The notes under the pieces: model-generated
Told to the model about the DNA's origin: nothing
Database searches by the model: none
The model's input: only the letters and a program-made list of their open reading frames with translations
Shown: in pieces, positions 1 through 11,382 of the stretch
Numbering within the stretch: the first letter of the stretch is position 1
Layout of the letters: each line of letters begins with the position of its first letter
Position numbers and translations under genes: made by a program
Assembly: GCF_001194135.2 (NCBI RefSeq)
Contig: NC_069002.1
Location: 22,766,788-22,801,251 of the forward strand
Direction of reading: 5' to 3'
Source of the DNA: Octopus bimaculoides
Taxonomy: Eukaryota
Length of the DNA stretch: 34,464 nucleotides

Positions 1-249
1 TAGCAATAATTGGGTACCTTCCCAGCAGTATACTGGATAGATACTATCCCTTAGTGGGTTGTACCCCCAACCCCTAACTCTCTCACGTTATATATATATA
101 TATATATTTATGAGCAACACACACATACACACACGCACATATGTACACCAATCGCATACATATTTTTTGTACGCATACATGTTCGTATGTGTGTGTGTGT
201 GTGTTGCCCGTATATCAACAAAACACACACACCTTGCCTTACATATATA

Positions 250-1086
250 TATGGATAAATGATTTGAAAGAAATATATTTTGGAAATGGCGATTTACAGT
301 ACAATACCTAGAAACGTGAAAATCAGACCACATGAGTTTGTTTACATCAATTCGGCAGAGATAGAGAGAGTGCGCTCTCCCTCTCAATCTCTCTCCCTCC
401 CTTACACACATTTATCTCTATTTCTTTCTTTCTTTCTTTCTCTCTCTCCCTGTCTCACACACACAGCAACATTACACACACAGACATGCTGCTCGCTCAC
501 ATTAACAAAAGAACTTCACATACACACCACACTTTCTGTCTCGCATACTCACTATAAAAAGATAGCGTCTATTTCTTTTTGGCAACATGTGTTTTGTGTG
601 TAATGTTACTGTGTGTGTGAGAGAAGGAGAGAGAGAAAGAAAGAAAGAAAGATAGAGAGAGAGAGAGATAACTGGCATGTGTGTGTAAGGGAGGAAGAGA
701 GAGAGAGAAGGTATTCTTTTCTTACCACACAACTGTTAAGAAATAGCCGCCCTCTCCTACTTTTTTTTTGTCAGACGGTGGCCAAGAAAATGTATCTCTC
801 CTTCACCCTCCCTCTCACAAACATACAATTTCTCTCTCTCTCTCTCGCCTTCACGCGTGTACGCACAGATTTGACTTCGCCATGTCAACAAACTTCAAAA
901 TTGGTAAAAGTTTATCGATTTTTACAGCTATACGCGGGTGCCTCTGAGAGAGAAAGTTCACTAAAATGCACATAGGGTCATTCCGAATCTTCTCCTAAAA
1001 TTGGAGCGACATGCGTGCTAATTTGTGGACGTGCATAACCCACATTCACGTACACACACACACAAACATCTTCTGTTTTATAGATA
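250..1086. mobile_element. Helitron-like non-autonomous element remnant with (CT)/(GA) microsatellites (tentative)
   Basis: Ends acacacacacaaacatcttctgttttatagat; the interior holds opposed CT-rich (420-480) and GA-rich (620-710) copies of a similar segment. Confidence 0.3.
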
Positions 1087-1189
1087 TTGATATTCTCCTA
1101 GAAGTTGGGAGTATTTGCACCATGTAACCTACAGACTTTTTTCTTTTCATTGCAAGGCCCTACTATTTTTTATTGCCCAGAAGTGTCAT

Positions 1190-1328
1190 GATCCCGTCTC
1201 CCACAACATTTTGTCCATCCTATTTTGGTAATCCCTGTGATAGTTCAAGAATATTTCTCCATCTCATAGTTTAATTTTTTTACTTTCCAAACCTTGGTGA
1301 AGCATTTGTGTGTTCCAAGCTCCAACTA
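1190..1328 (-). mobile_element. Decayed LINE endonuclease (APE) N-terminal fragment
   Basis: Minus frame reads VGAWNTQMLHQG, resembling the APE start motif (IGTWNVRTL); the rest is degenerate. Confidence 0.3.
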
Positions 1329-1499
1329 CAAAGAAATGTTTGCACAGTTTGAGCTTTTGATTTGATTCTCAGGCATATTTACTGTAGAAGACATTTTTTT
1401 AATCCTGAGTTCTGACCAATTCCATATGGTTGCCTCATCACATCATGCTTCAGTTGGCAGATAATTTTGTGGAATCAAGAGTTTATTAAAGAATTTAGA

Positions 1500-2190
1500 T
1501 TATTGGTTAGTGTCCACCAGGACTCAGTTCTCAGTTGCCTCCTTTTTATCAGTGTCTCTGGCCATAACAGCTGACTTTAACCCTTCCATTAATATATTTC
1601 TGTTAAAATACACTGACCTATTTTTCAGCTAATTTTGCAAATAACGAAGAATTTAGCAAAATAACTTTGTCATTATTGAGCAGGTGTTTGGAACAAAAAT
1701 TAACATGGAATTTTGATGCATGGTTTTAATTACAACCCTTTAAAACAGGATGTTTGTATTATAGAAGTAAGAGTGATCTCAGGCTTTTGACATCAAAAGA
1801 TTTAAAACTTGTTATCTTTGAGAACTCCTGTATGCCAATGACCAAGTACTCGTAGTGAGTCTGCTGCAGAATTAGAGGAGAAATTCTAAATGTGGAAGCA
1901 AAACTTAGAATCAGGAAACCTCAAAGTAAATGAAGCAGAGACAAAAGTTTTAGTTTAGGGAAAGAAGAGAGGACTTTGGTCCATCTAGGAAGTGGTCGCA
2001 TTGAATATGCAGAAAAAAATCAAGAAGAATTCCATATGATGTATAATGGAGACACAAGAATTATATTTGGATTACATGAAAAACCCTGCCAAAACTGATG
2101 ATGAAACCTGGTGTGGTCGTCTGCCTAGGCAGACCCTGTCACACCATCCAACATGAAAAATTGATGTATGATGATGATGATGATGATGAA
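1500..2190 (+). mobile_element. Older decayed RTE fragment (RT core plus 3' end), interrupted by a MITE
   Basis: Translates to VSVHQDSVLSCLLFI ... AITADFKTCYL*ELLYANDQ ... ELEEKF*MWKQNLES ... KVNEAETKVLV, colinear with the copy at 4373-5347; ends in a (GAT)n tail at 2170-2188. Confidence 0.8.
1577..1805. mobile_element. piggyBac-type MITE with TTAA target-site duplication
   Basis: TTAA at 1577-1580 followed by CCCTT, and TTAA at 1802-1805 preceded by a degenerate aaaaga(t). Removing the element and one TTAA restores the RTE frame (GAC TTT AAA ACT). Confidence 0.75.
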
Positions 2191-2344
2191 ATATATTAGT
2201 ATGTCTTGTGAAGTATGGAGACAGAGGGTGTATAGTGAGGTTACAATTGGAGAGAGATAAACTCCAGATGCTGAAAATGCTCAGGAGTTATTAGCTGTAA
2301 GAGTTCCTCGTTATCATTTAATGTCCATTCTCCTTGCTTGTAAG

Positions 2345-2515
2345 TGTGAGGAAGATTGTATAAAGTTTATGTGCAAAGTGCTAGGATGTATGGTCATGAA
2401 ATGTGGGTAGTGTATAAAGTTTGTGTGGGAAGTGCAAGGGCATATGTTTGTGAAATGTGGGCAATGTATAAAGTTTGTGTGTAAAGTGAGGGTGGATAGA
2501 TGTGAGATGTGTGTA
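2345..2515 (+). repeat. Three tandem 54-bp units derived from RTE RT-thumb coding sequence
   Basis: tgtataaagttt at 2357, 2411 and 2465 (period 54); the first unit reads GRLYKVYVQSARMYGHEMWVV versus GRLYDACVQTTMLYGSETWAV in the RTE ORF. Confidence 0.6.
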
Positions 2516-2768
2516 TTGAATGCAGAAGATTTGTAAATGCTGGAAATATAAGAGAGAGACATATTCTGGTGGATGTCTTGTGGATGACTTGCAAATGAGG
2601 TGAAAGCTGTTAGTGGTTAAAAGAGGAATCTGTTGTAGTGGAGAGGAGAGGAGATATGTGATGTGAATGGAGGATGAGATATGGGTAAATGTTGCTCTAA
2701 AGAAATTTTGCTCTAAAGAAAGCACAAGAGCAGAGTGTAAACTCGAAAACTTGTTTTAAAGAAATTAC

Positions 2769-2802
2769 CTTTCTCTAATTGGTAGGTTAGTTGACGAAGT
2801 TG
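2769..2802 (-). CDS. Candidate exon of unidentified minus-strand gene (QLRQLTYQLEK)
   Basis: Minus-strand acceptor tattttcttaaaatag, donor AAG|gtaatt, 34 nt, phase 0 to 1; in frame with the 3085-3168 candidate. No homology recognised. Confidence 0.45.
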
Positions 2803-2948
2803 CTATTTTAAGAAAATAGTTAATCTTTTTTTAATATTTTTATGCAATTGTTTTTTATGGTAATTTTTATTTTTTCCTAAGACAAAAATGTTTATGACAA
2901 AATTTCCTATAACCCTCTTGGAATATAAAACACACACACACACGCACG

Positions 2949-3001
<53 letters not shown>

Positions 3002-3084
3002 TCATATGTATGTATGTATGTGTGTGAGTACACTCCTAAATATAAACACTCATACATACACATACCCCTGTACACATCACTCAC

Positions 3085-3168
3085 ATAAAACTGGAAGAAC
3101 AGCTCTGAGGGTGGTTCCCTAACATTAGTCAACAGCCTGCGGTGCCATAGATATACTTGAAAACTGAC
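3085..3168 (-). CDS. Candidate exon of unidentified minus-strand gene (VSFQVYLWHRRLLTNVREPPSELFFQFY)
   Basis: Minus-strand acceptor ttgttattgtcatgtaactccag, strong donor TAT|gtgagt, 84 nt, stop-free phase 0 to 0, lies in unique sequence between repeats. Confidence 0.55.
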
Positions 3169-3364
3169 CTGGAGTTACATGACAATAACAATAGCAACAA
3201 AAAGTGTGAGTCATGGCTGGATTGCTTTTGTCATTAGTCAGCTCAATTTTCTAATCGGCGGGTTAGCCATATTCTTCAAAAGTCGATGAGAGAGTCACTT
3301 CTGAATCACTCTACCTGCTAGAAACAGCAGTCAGATAACATCTTAACATCTTTCAACACAGCTT

Positions 3365-6300
3365 ATCATCATCATCATCGTTTAACGTCCGCTTTCCATG
3401 CTAGCATGGGTTGGCTGATTTGACTGAGGACTGGCAAGCCAGAAGGCTGCACCAGGCTCCAATCTGATCTGGCAGAGTTTCTACAGCTGGATGCCCTTGC
3501 TAACACCAACCACTCCGAGAGTGTAGTGGGTGCTTTTACGTGCCACCGGCACGAGGGCCAGTCACAGGGTACTGGCAACAGCCACGCTCAAAATGGTGTT
3601 TTTTACATGCCACCTGCATGGGAGCCAGTCCAGCGGTACTGGCAACGACCTCGCTCGAATGATTTTCTAACGTGCCACCAGCACAAGTGCTAGAAGGCAA
3701 CACTGGTAATGATTATGCTCTAATGGTGCTATTTATGCGCAACTATCATGGAAGCCAGACCGCTGCTCTGGCAATGAACATGCTCAGACAGTGCAGTTAG
3801 TGCTCCGCTGGCGCAGGTGCCAGTCATCGAGTATGGTTCAATTACGATTTCACTTGCCCCAACTGGTCTTTGCAAACAGAGTTTAGTGTCCAATGAAAGA
3901 AAGGTTGGCATGGGTGCCAGTCACTGGATTCGGTTCGATTTCGATTTCAGATTTCAAATTTCAAATTCCAAAATCACTTGTCTCAACAGGTCTTCGCAAG
4001 CAGGGTTTTTAGTGTCCAATGAAGTAAAGATATGGATTAGTGAGCTGGCTACACTTCTGGCAGAGATCAAAGATTATGCTCTCACTTGTCTTGCCGGGTC
4101 TTCTCCCGCACAGCATATTTCCAAAGGTCTCGGTCACTAGTCATTACCTCGGTGAAGTCTAATGTTTGAAGGTCCTGCTTCACCACCTGATCCCAGGTCT
4201 TCCTGGGTCTACCTCTTCCACAGGTTCCCTCAACTGCTCAGGTGTAACACTTTTTCACACAACTATCCTCATCCATTCTCACCACATGTCCATACCAGTG
4301 CAATTGTCTCTCTTGCACACCACAACTGATGCTTCTTAGGTCCAACTTTTCTCTCAAAGTACTTACACTCTGTCAAGTATGCACACTGACATTACACATC
4401 CATCGGAGCATACTGGCTTCGTTTCTTGCAAGCTTATGCATGTCCTCAGCAGTCACGGCCCATGTTTCACTGCCATATAGCATGGTTGTTTGTACACATG
4501 CGTCATACAGTCTGCCTTTTACTCTGAGTGAGAGGCCCCTTGTCACCAGCAGAGGTAAGAGCTCTCTAAACTTTGCCCAGGCTATTCTTATTCGAGCAGC
4601 TACACTTTCAGTGCACCCTCCCCTGTTACAAACTTGGTCACCTAGGTAGCGGAAGCTAACAACTACTTCTAGTTTTTCACCCTGGATTGTGGCAAAGGTT
4701 GTTCTCTGTACATTTTCAGTGTTTATTACTCCTGAGCATCTGCCACATATAAAAACTATCTTCCCAGTTAGCCTTCCTTTGATATTGCTGCACCTCTTAT
4801 GTGTCCATAGCTTACACTGGGTACATCTTATGGAGTTTCTACCTACGCCTTTTCTACAGATCGAGCAGGGCCATCTACCTGAAGGGGTTTGTGTTTTGTT
4901 TACCTTCCTACTTATTAGAACTTTGGTTTTAGCTAAATTAACACTAAGGACCTTCGATTCTAGTCCTTGCTTCCACACCTGAAACTTCTCCTCTAGTTCT
5001 GATAGTGACTCAGCAATTAGTGCAAGGTCATCAGCATAGAGGAGCTCCCAGGGGCATCTTGTCTTTAATTCCTGTGTTATTGCCTGGAGGACTATGATAA
5101 ATAGGAGGGGGCTGAGGACAGAACCTTGGTGGACCCCTACCTCTACCTGGAATTTTTCACTGTACTCGTTCCCAACCCTCACCTTACTGACAGCATCTCT
5201 GTACATGGCTCGCACAGCTCTCACTAACCATTCATCTATCCCTAGTTTCCTCATTGGCCATGAGATAAGGGAGTGGGGGACCCTGTCAAAGGCTTTCTCC
5301 ATGTCAACAAAANNNNNNNNNNCAGTCATTGGGTATGACTCCTTCATGTATCACCTGATTAACTATACGGGTCATTAGGCTATAGCCGACACCACCAGAT
5401 ATTTTGAGCATCTCTGCAGTGATTCCTGATGGGCCGGGGGCTTTCCCTGTCTTCGTACTCTTGATCGCTTTATCTACTAAGGTACTGTCAATTAGGATAG
5501 CTGGTCCCTCTGTTGGGTTGACATTCAGCAGACTCTCTTCCTCCCATTCATTCTCTTTATTAAGCAGCCTTTCACAGTAGCGTCTCCAAACCTCTTTCTT
5601 TGCAGCCTTGTTTAGTGCAAGTGAGTCATCATCAAAGTGGACACATTTCTCACCTACGACATCATGATTCTCTCTCACATACTGTCTTGCAACACGAAAT
5701 ACTTCAAGTCGTTGGTCCTCATGACACAGAACATTGGCAAATTTTTTCTTATCTGCTTCCCCTCTGGCTAAGTAAACCTGTCTCCTAGCTTCCCTTCTGG
5801 CAGTCTGATACAATTCCCTGCTACCTCCGTTCTTCCAGTCCTTCCAAGCCTGTTTCTTTTGTCTAATAGCCCTGTCAACCACATTGTTTCACCACCACGT
5901 TACTTTGTGTCAAGAGGGGACATTACACCATCTGCAGATCTGGTCGGTGGCTCTCAGCAGGTTGTCCTGTAGAAACCTCCAATTGTCTTCCACGTTGTGT
6001 GATGCTATATCCCCTTCTATTTCGTCAAATGCTTCGAGTAATATGTCTCTAAATTTCTGTCCATTTGCAGGTTCTTTAAGCTTCCAAACCCTTCTTCTCC
6101 AAGCTGGTCTACTTCTGGGCATCCATTTTGCCTTGATTCCGAAGTCGCTAACTACTAACCTGTGTTGAGGGGTACATTCTTCACCTGGGAAGGTTTTGGC
6201 ATTTATAAGCCGCCCTCTTTCCCTATTTCTGGCGAGGATGTAGTCGATTTGGCTAGTGTGTCTACCGGAATGGTAGGTGACTAGGTGACAGGCAGGTTTC

Positions 6301-7169
6301 CTGAAGTTGGTATTGCAAACCATAAGATCGTTTGCATCACAGAACTCCAGCAGTCTGGTTCCCTTCTCATTGTGGGAACCGAAGCCATAGCCTCCATGGA
6401 AGCCTCCCTGCATGTTGTCCAATATGACCATTGAAATCACCAGCCACAAAGAGAAGGTCCCTGTCATTCGTCAATGAGGTAGTTTGCAGGAGGGTGTCGT
6501 AGAATTGGTCTTTCTACCCATCCGGTAGCCCCGGTTGAGGGGCATAGGCCGAGATGATGGTAGCTAACCTATGGTGAAGCACTAGTCTAATGTTAAGTAC
6601 TCTGTCACATACTCTGACTACCTCGATTACCTTATCAGCCCATTTCTNNNNNNNNNNGCATAGGCCGAGATGATGGTAGCTAACCTATGGTGAAGCACTA
6701 GTCTAATGTTAAGTACTCTGTCACATACTCTGACTACCTCGATTACCTTATCAGCCCATTTCTCTGCTAGAAGTATTCCCACGCCCCCGTCAGTGTTCCC
6801 TGCCCAGAAAATCTTGTACCTGTGTTCTTTGCATGTGAGGAACCTCGCGGAGCCTCCCCTCCACCTTACTTCTTGGATGCAGCACAAATCTACGCATCTC
6901 CGTTCAAGCATCTCAACAATCTCACCAGACCTACCTTTCAGTGTGCCGACGTTGAGAGTGCCAATTCTGGTTGTGTGGGAGGTGTGGGCCTGTGAAACTC
7001 TGGGATGGGGGAAAGCAGTGTCGTGTACCTGAAAAGAAAGCTTGCATTTGGCAGAATTCATAAACAAAGCAATGCCTACAACCTGCATACACTACACCAT
7101 CTTTATGCGCTGAAAGATCGATGAAACCCTGGGTAGGGAAGGGGATGGTATAAGGCCCCTAGGAGTGTT
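3365..7169 (-). mobile_element. RTE-clade non-LTR retrotransposon (LINE), near full length, disabled
   Basis: APE motifs (RIGTLNVGTL, IQEVRW, AGDFNG, SQIDYIL, HRLVV) and RT motifs (FVDMEKAFDRVP, GVHQGSVLSPLLF, LYADD, FRYLG, LHWYGHVVRM, RGRPRKTW); ORF stop at 4082-4084, about 700-nt 3' UTR and (GAT)n tail at about 3365-3378. Several in-frame stops and frameshifts. The 5' end runs into the gap. Confidence 0.95.
4082..7088 (-). pseudogene. Disrupted single ORF (APE - RT with PHD-type finger) of the RTE element
   Basis: ORF-track pieces 6627-7088, 5910-6467, 5304-5882 and 4373-5347 are consecutive parts of one polyprotein, broken by frameshifts, stops (e.g. about 6504, 4373) and two 10-N gaps. 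Confidence 0.9.
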
Positions 7170-7625
7170 NNNNNNNNNNNNNNNNNNNNNNNNNNNNNNN
7201 NNNNNNNNNNNNNNNNNNNNNNNNNNNNNNNNNNNNNNNNNNNNNNNNNNNNNNNNNNNNNNNNNNNNNNNNNNNNNNNNNNNNNNNNNNNNNNNNNNNN
7301 NNNNNNNNNNNNNNNNNNNNNNNNNNNNNNNNNNNNNNNNNNNNNNNNNNNNNNNNNNNNNNNNNNNNNNNNNNNNNNNNNNNNNNNNNNNNNNNNNNNN
7401 NNNNNNNNNNNNNNNNNNNNNNNNNNNNNNNNNNNNNNNNNNNNNNNNNNNNNNNNNNNNNNNNNNNNNNNNNNNNNNNNNNNNNNNNNNNNNNNNNNNN
7501 NNNNNNNNNNNNNNNNNNNNNNNNNNNNNNNNNNNNNNNNNNNNNNNNNNNNNNNNNNNNNNNNNNNNNNNNNNNNNNNNNNNNNNNNNNNNNNNNNNNN
7601 NNNNNNNNNNNNNNNNNNNNNNNNN
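7170..7625. other. Assembly gap (456 N); other gaps at 5313-5322, 6648-6657, 14326-14864 and 29936-30782
   Basis: Runs of N in the sequence. Confidence 1.
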
Positions 7626-7683
<58 letters not shown>

Positions 7684-8016
7684 CACAGTTTTGTTTTTGA
7701 TTGTTTCCCTTGACAACTGATTACTCCAGGTGTTATTTTTCACAGTTGAATAGTCAATATCGGGAAGGACACCCTGAGGGAATTTTCTTTTTCAACAATC
7801 CCCACACTCATGATGGGATGTGAAAAATAGATGTAAAACAGCTCAGAAAAAATATGTCTCTGTATAGAGAGGGGGAGGAAGAGAGAGAGAGAGAGAGAAT
7901 GTGCGTAAGAGAGAAAGAAGAGAGACTGTAAGAAGGAGAGAGAGGGGTGTTTGTATGTTTTGTGGTGGCTAACGAAACTGATTGCAATTTGATAAGGGTT
8001 GTGGTGATTTATAAAC

Positions 8017-8046
8017 CTGAGAACGGAATTCTTTGTTCATAGAAGG
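8017..8046 (-). CDS. Candidate micro-exon of unidentified minus-strand gene ((A)FYEQRIPFS)
   Basis: Long pyrimidine acceptor ccattctttcataaactccttcag, donor CAG|gtttat, 30 nt; phase 1 reading joins the 8500-8543 candidate. Short, so could be chance. Confidence 0.3.
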
Positions 8047-8499
8047 CTGAAGGAGTTTATGAAAGAATGGATGATAATGACTGAGATAGTTATTATGCAT
8101 GACAACAACAATGCTTTTTTTTTTGTGCCAATGTCAATAATGATGATGGTTGTTATTGTCGTCATCACTGCCGCCACCACCACCTCCATCGACATCATCT
8201 CTACCTCCACCACTATCATCATCATCACCACCACCATTCATTTGCTGGTTTTGGTTGGATGAATCTACCGTAAATTACTTTACTGTGTATTTTTGATTTC
8301 AGAATATCTTGGCTCATATGTGGCCCTCTCTATGCTTGTTTATATAACTTTAAAACTTAAAGATTTCCTCAGTTCTTTCCCTTTCAGGGGTTACATTTCA
8401 CTAATTCCTGCCCCCACAATGAGGGATACTCTACATTCCTACCTGACTTGCTAGAAAGAGCAGCTGATTCACCTTCATTTACACCCTTCCATAGCTTAC

Positions 8500-8543
8500 C
8501 AGCTTCCATAAGGAACACTTTTAGTAATGTAGTCATAGAAATA
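8500..8543 (-). CDS. Candidate exon of unidentified minus-strand gene ((C)ISMTTLLKVFLMEA)
   Basis: Acceptor ctttttctaggacttag (alternative AG gives start 8550), strong donor CTG|gtaagc, 44 nt, phase 2 to 1, lies inside ORF 8384-8605. Confidence 0.4.
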
Positions 8544-8700
8544 CTAAGTCCTAGAAAAAGTCGAAACATAGTCGGGTCAGTCATGGTTGGACTGTCCTTG
8601 ATCACAGGTTTACTCAGTCAGGACTTAATCCCTTGGTTAAACAACATCAACAACAACTGAAAATATTTATCCAGCCAGTTTGTATCATTTATTTATTTTA

Positions 8701-8910
8701 TTTTTCTTTCTACTCTAAGCATAAGGCCTAAAATAATTGACCTTGACCAGTCAATTAGATCAACCCCAGTACGCAACTGGTATTTAATAATTTATCAACC
8801 CTGAAAGGATGAAAGGCAAAGTCAACCTTAACGGAATGTGAACTCAGAACGTAAAGACAGCTGAAATACCACAAAGCATTTTGCCCGGCGTGCTAACGTT
8901 CCCGTCATCT
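8701..8910 (-). mobile_element. tRNA-derived SINE, family A
   Basis: Reverse complement of the family seen at 10346, 20968 and 32375-34338 (gttagcacgccgggcaaaatgc ... ttctgagttca ... gactttgcctttcatcc ... aagtaccagtt). Confidence 0.8.
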
Positions 8911-9149
8911 CATCATCAGTTATGGCCTCTGACATTACTTGGCTGTACTGGATAATCCTTCCTTCAGGATGTGGCAGAGCGTATTTACCCATTTTAAGGA
9001 GATACCTAGCAGATAATCATGGACCCTTCCATGGTTCTCCAGGCCCTAGCCCAATGTACTGGTTGAATCCCCCTCTTGGAGGCCCTCTACATCTGCCGCA
9101 TATTTTGGCCATTACATTTTGTCCCTAGGTTTTCTATTTAGCTCTTCTT

Positions 9150-9543
9150 AATCTTTTCTTTTTAGTTATTTCAGTCATTGGACTGTGGACATTCTGGGGC
9201 ACCACTTTGAAGGGTTTACTCTTTTTGTTTTTTGTTTTGTTTTTTTCTTTTGTTTTTAAAGCCTGGTACTTATTCTGTTGTTTTCTTTTGCCAAACTGCT
9301 AAGTTATGAAGACATAAACAAACTGACACTGGTCATCAAGCAGAGGTGGAGAACAAACACAATGACATGCACACACACACACATTTATGATGGGCTTTCA
9401 GTTTCTGCCTAACAAATCCACTCACACGACCTTGGTCAGCCCAGGCTTATAGTAGAAGGTATTTGCCCCAGATGCCATGCAGTGGGATTAAACTGAAGAC
9501 CCCATAGTTGGGAAGTAAGTTTCTTCACCACACAGCCACTCCT
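9150..9543 (-). mobile_element. tRNA-derived SINE, family B
   Basis: Reverse complement is colinear with 33707-34103 from head to tail. Confidence 0.8.
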
Positions 9544-10020
9544 GAACAATTTTCATGTAATTAATATTGCACAGTCAACACATCATAATCCCAATGTATT
9601 CCTGCCCTGTCTTTGGATGTAGATGGTTTGATCATTTGTATCCCCATCTCATGTTCTAGAGTCACACACCATCTAGTTCCATTGACATATTGATTGTTTG
9701 CATTGACTTCTCATGTTTCATTGCCACACAATATGTTCAGTCAGCATGAAAAAGGACTGTTTGTATTCATGTCTCATGCGTCACTTCTGTGCAACATCAT
9801 AATCTATTAAAATGTGGATTGTTTGCATCCTGTTCTCATGTTTCACTGCTATACAACATCACATCATGCTCCATCTCCATCTAACATTCCTGTAAAGCCT
9901 TGTGAAAGATGCACCATTTAATTAGGAGTAAACACAACCCATTGAAATTTGTATTAAGAAAAAGAAAAATTATATGTACATTGTAATGTTACACCCACAG
10001 CATTCTCTCACATATTTTAC

Positions 10021-10218
10021 CACTTTGTAGCATTGGTACCACTAGCCCTAGATAGTCGTGCTTTGATCACTAACTCAATAACTGACTTGTCAATATAGCT
10101 GTCCCCAAATTCTAATATTAGTTTCATAACATGAAGTGGATCAGGAGGAAATCTCACCCCAGGATGTACCTGAATAAACAGGGGTGATTTTAGTATAATG
10201 AGTTTGCTTTGAAGTTGG
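10021..10218 (-). CDS. Candidate exon of unidentified minus-strand gene
   Basis: Acceptor ttttttattactggctgtag (alternative ctgtttattcag gives start 10169), donor GTG|gtaaaa, 198 nt stop-free: QLQSKLIILKSPLFIQVHPGVRFPPDPLHVMKLILEFGDSYIDKSVIELVIKARLSRASGTNATK. A/T-ending codon bias; the other two minus frames contain stops. Confidence 0.55.
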
Positions 10219-10345
10219 CTACAGCCAGTAATAAAAAACACATGGTTGAAATATTTTTACAAATATATCTTGGTACTGATGATATTCTTCTGAAATACTC
10301 CAATATTCTGTGATTGTTTTGAGGTAGAAATAGTAGAAATAGAAG

Positions 10346-10570
10346 AGCGGCAAACTGGCAGAATTGTTAGCACACCGGGCAAAATGCTTAGTGGTATTTT
10401 GTCTGCCATTACATTCTGAGTTCAAACTCCGCCGAGGTCGACTTTGCTTTTCATCCTTTTGGGGTCGATTAAATAAGTACCGGTTCCGCACTGTAATCGA
10501 CTTAATCCCCTCGTCTGTCCTTGTTTGTCCCCTCTTTGTTTAGCCTCCCTGTGGGCAAGAAAGAAATAAA
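10346..10570 (+). mobile_element. tRNA-derived SINE, family A
   Basis: ggcagaattgttagcac head, B-box-like gagttcaaactcc, conserved gactttgcttttcatcc core; at least eight copies in the window. Confidence 0.85.
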
Positions 10571-10811
10571 TAGTAGAAATAAATTGGTCCAGTTGATGTG
10601 ATGATGCTATTGGTCTCCAGTTCAAATTGTTTGTTTCATGATGTACTTAGATAATGCACTTAGTTATGGTTAACTGTCAGGAATTGGTGTAAGATATTGT
10701 CTGAGATGGATTGGCATTTTGTTTAGAGGATGATTTATGTCTCAACCATTTTGATGTCAAGGATGTCATGGTGCTAAACACTAGTTTGTAAAATCCTTTC
10801 AGAATTTAGAA

Positions 10812-11342
10812 AGTACAAGCAGGAGTACCCGGCGTTGCTTGGGTATTAAATACTCAGCAATAGTCTTAATAGGTTCTACCATTTTTTTTGTTGTACATCT
10901 CTTTGAATATTTTCTGCATTAAGTTGCAAACATTGACACTGAGGAAGAAGTGATTTTTCCCAAATGGCATTTATTAGTTCAACAACCAAACGTCGGAGGA
11001 GGTGCTCAAAGTTCAGGTAATGATGGTGGAGGGAAATGTTTACAAATTACACAATGTCTTCCAATCATAGGTGTTTTATCCTATTAGATTGGTGTTGAAA
11101 GGATATTGTCTAATTATTGGGGATTGGTGTAAATGGTGCGAACTAAGTGCAATTAGTCATTTTCGTACGTGAAAGAGTAAGTGAGAGTGGAAGGCTGACC
11201 TAGACCTAGCCCTCTGCAAAAAGGTGAAGCTGTTGGAGGGGGGAGTTTTGCTTTGCAGTTTTCTGTAGAACCCGGATGCACAGGGACAAAGAAGAAATAA
11301 GTTCCAGAAATGACGCAACAGAGTGGTTCTTTTGCAACAAAA

Positions 11343-11382
<40 letters not shown>

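Noticed and set aside
7092-7743. Long ORFs spanning N runs (also 14316-14879 and 29822-30817) and HTHT/CVCV/IIII/NNNN ORFs
   Set aside because: Artefacts of gaps and microsatellites.
7700-7773. Minus-strand exon GVLPDIDYSTVKNNTW as the missing link of the antisense gene
   Set aside because: It starts in phase 0 where phase 1 is required and has no convincing phase 0 donor.
8388-8660. Plus-strand exon or ORF (GLHFTNSCPH...LIPWLNNINNN) after a tttcag acceptor
   Set aside because: No resemblance to INPP5F and a weak donor; better explained as the antisense shadow of the minus-strand candidate.
10346-10450. Genuine tRNA genes at SINE heads
   Set aside because: No complete cloverleaf, and each continues into shared SINE body and tail sequence.
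10924-11026. INPP5F first exon (open frame, phase 1 donor CAG|gtaatg)
   Set aside because: No ATG, no similarity to the recalled INPP5F N-terminus, and it lies inside a probable Helitron-like repeat.
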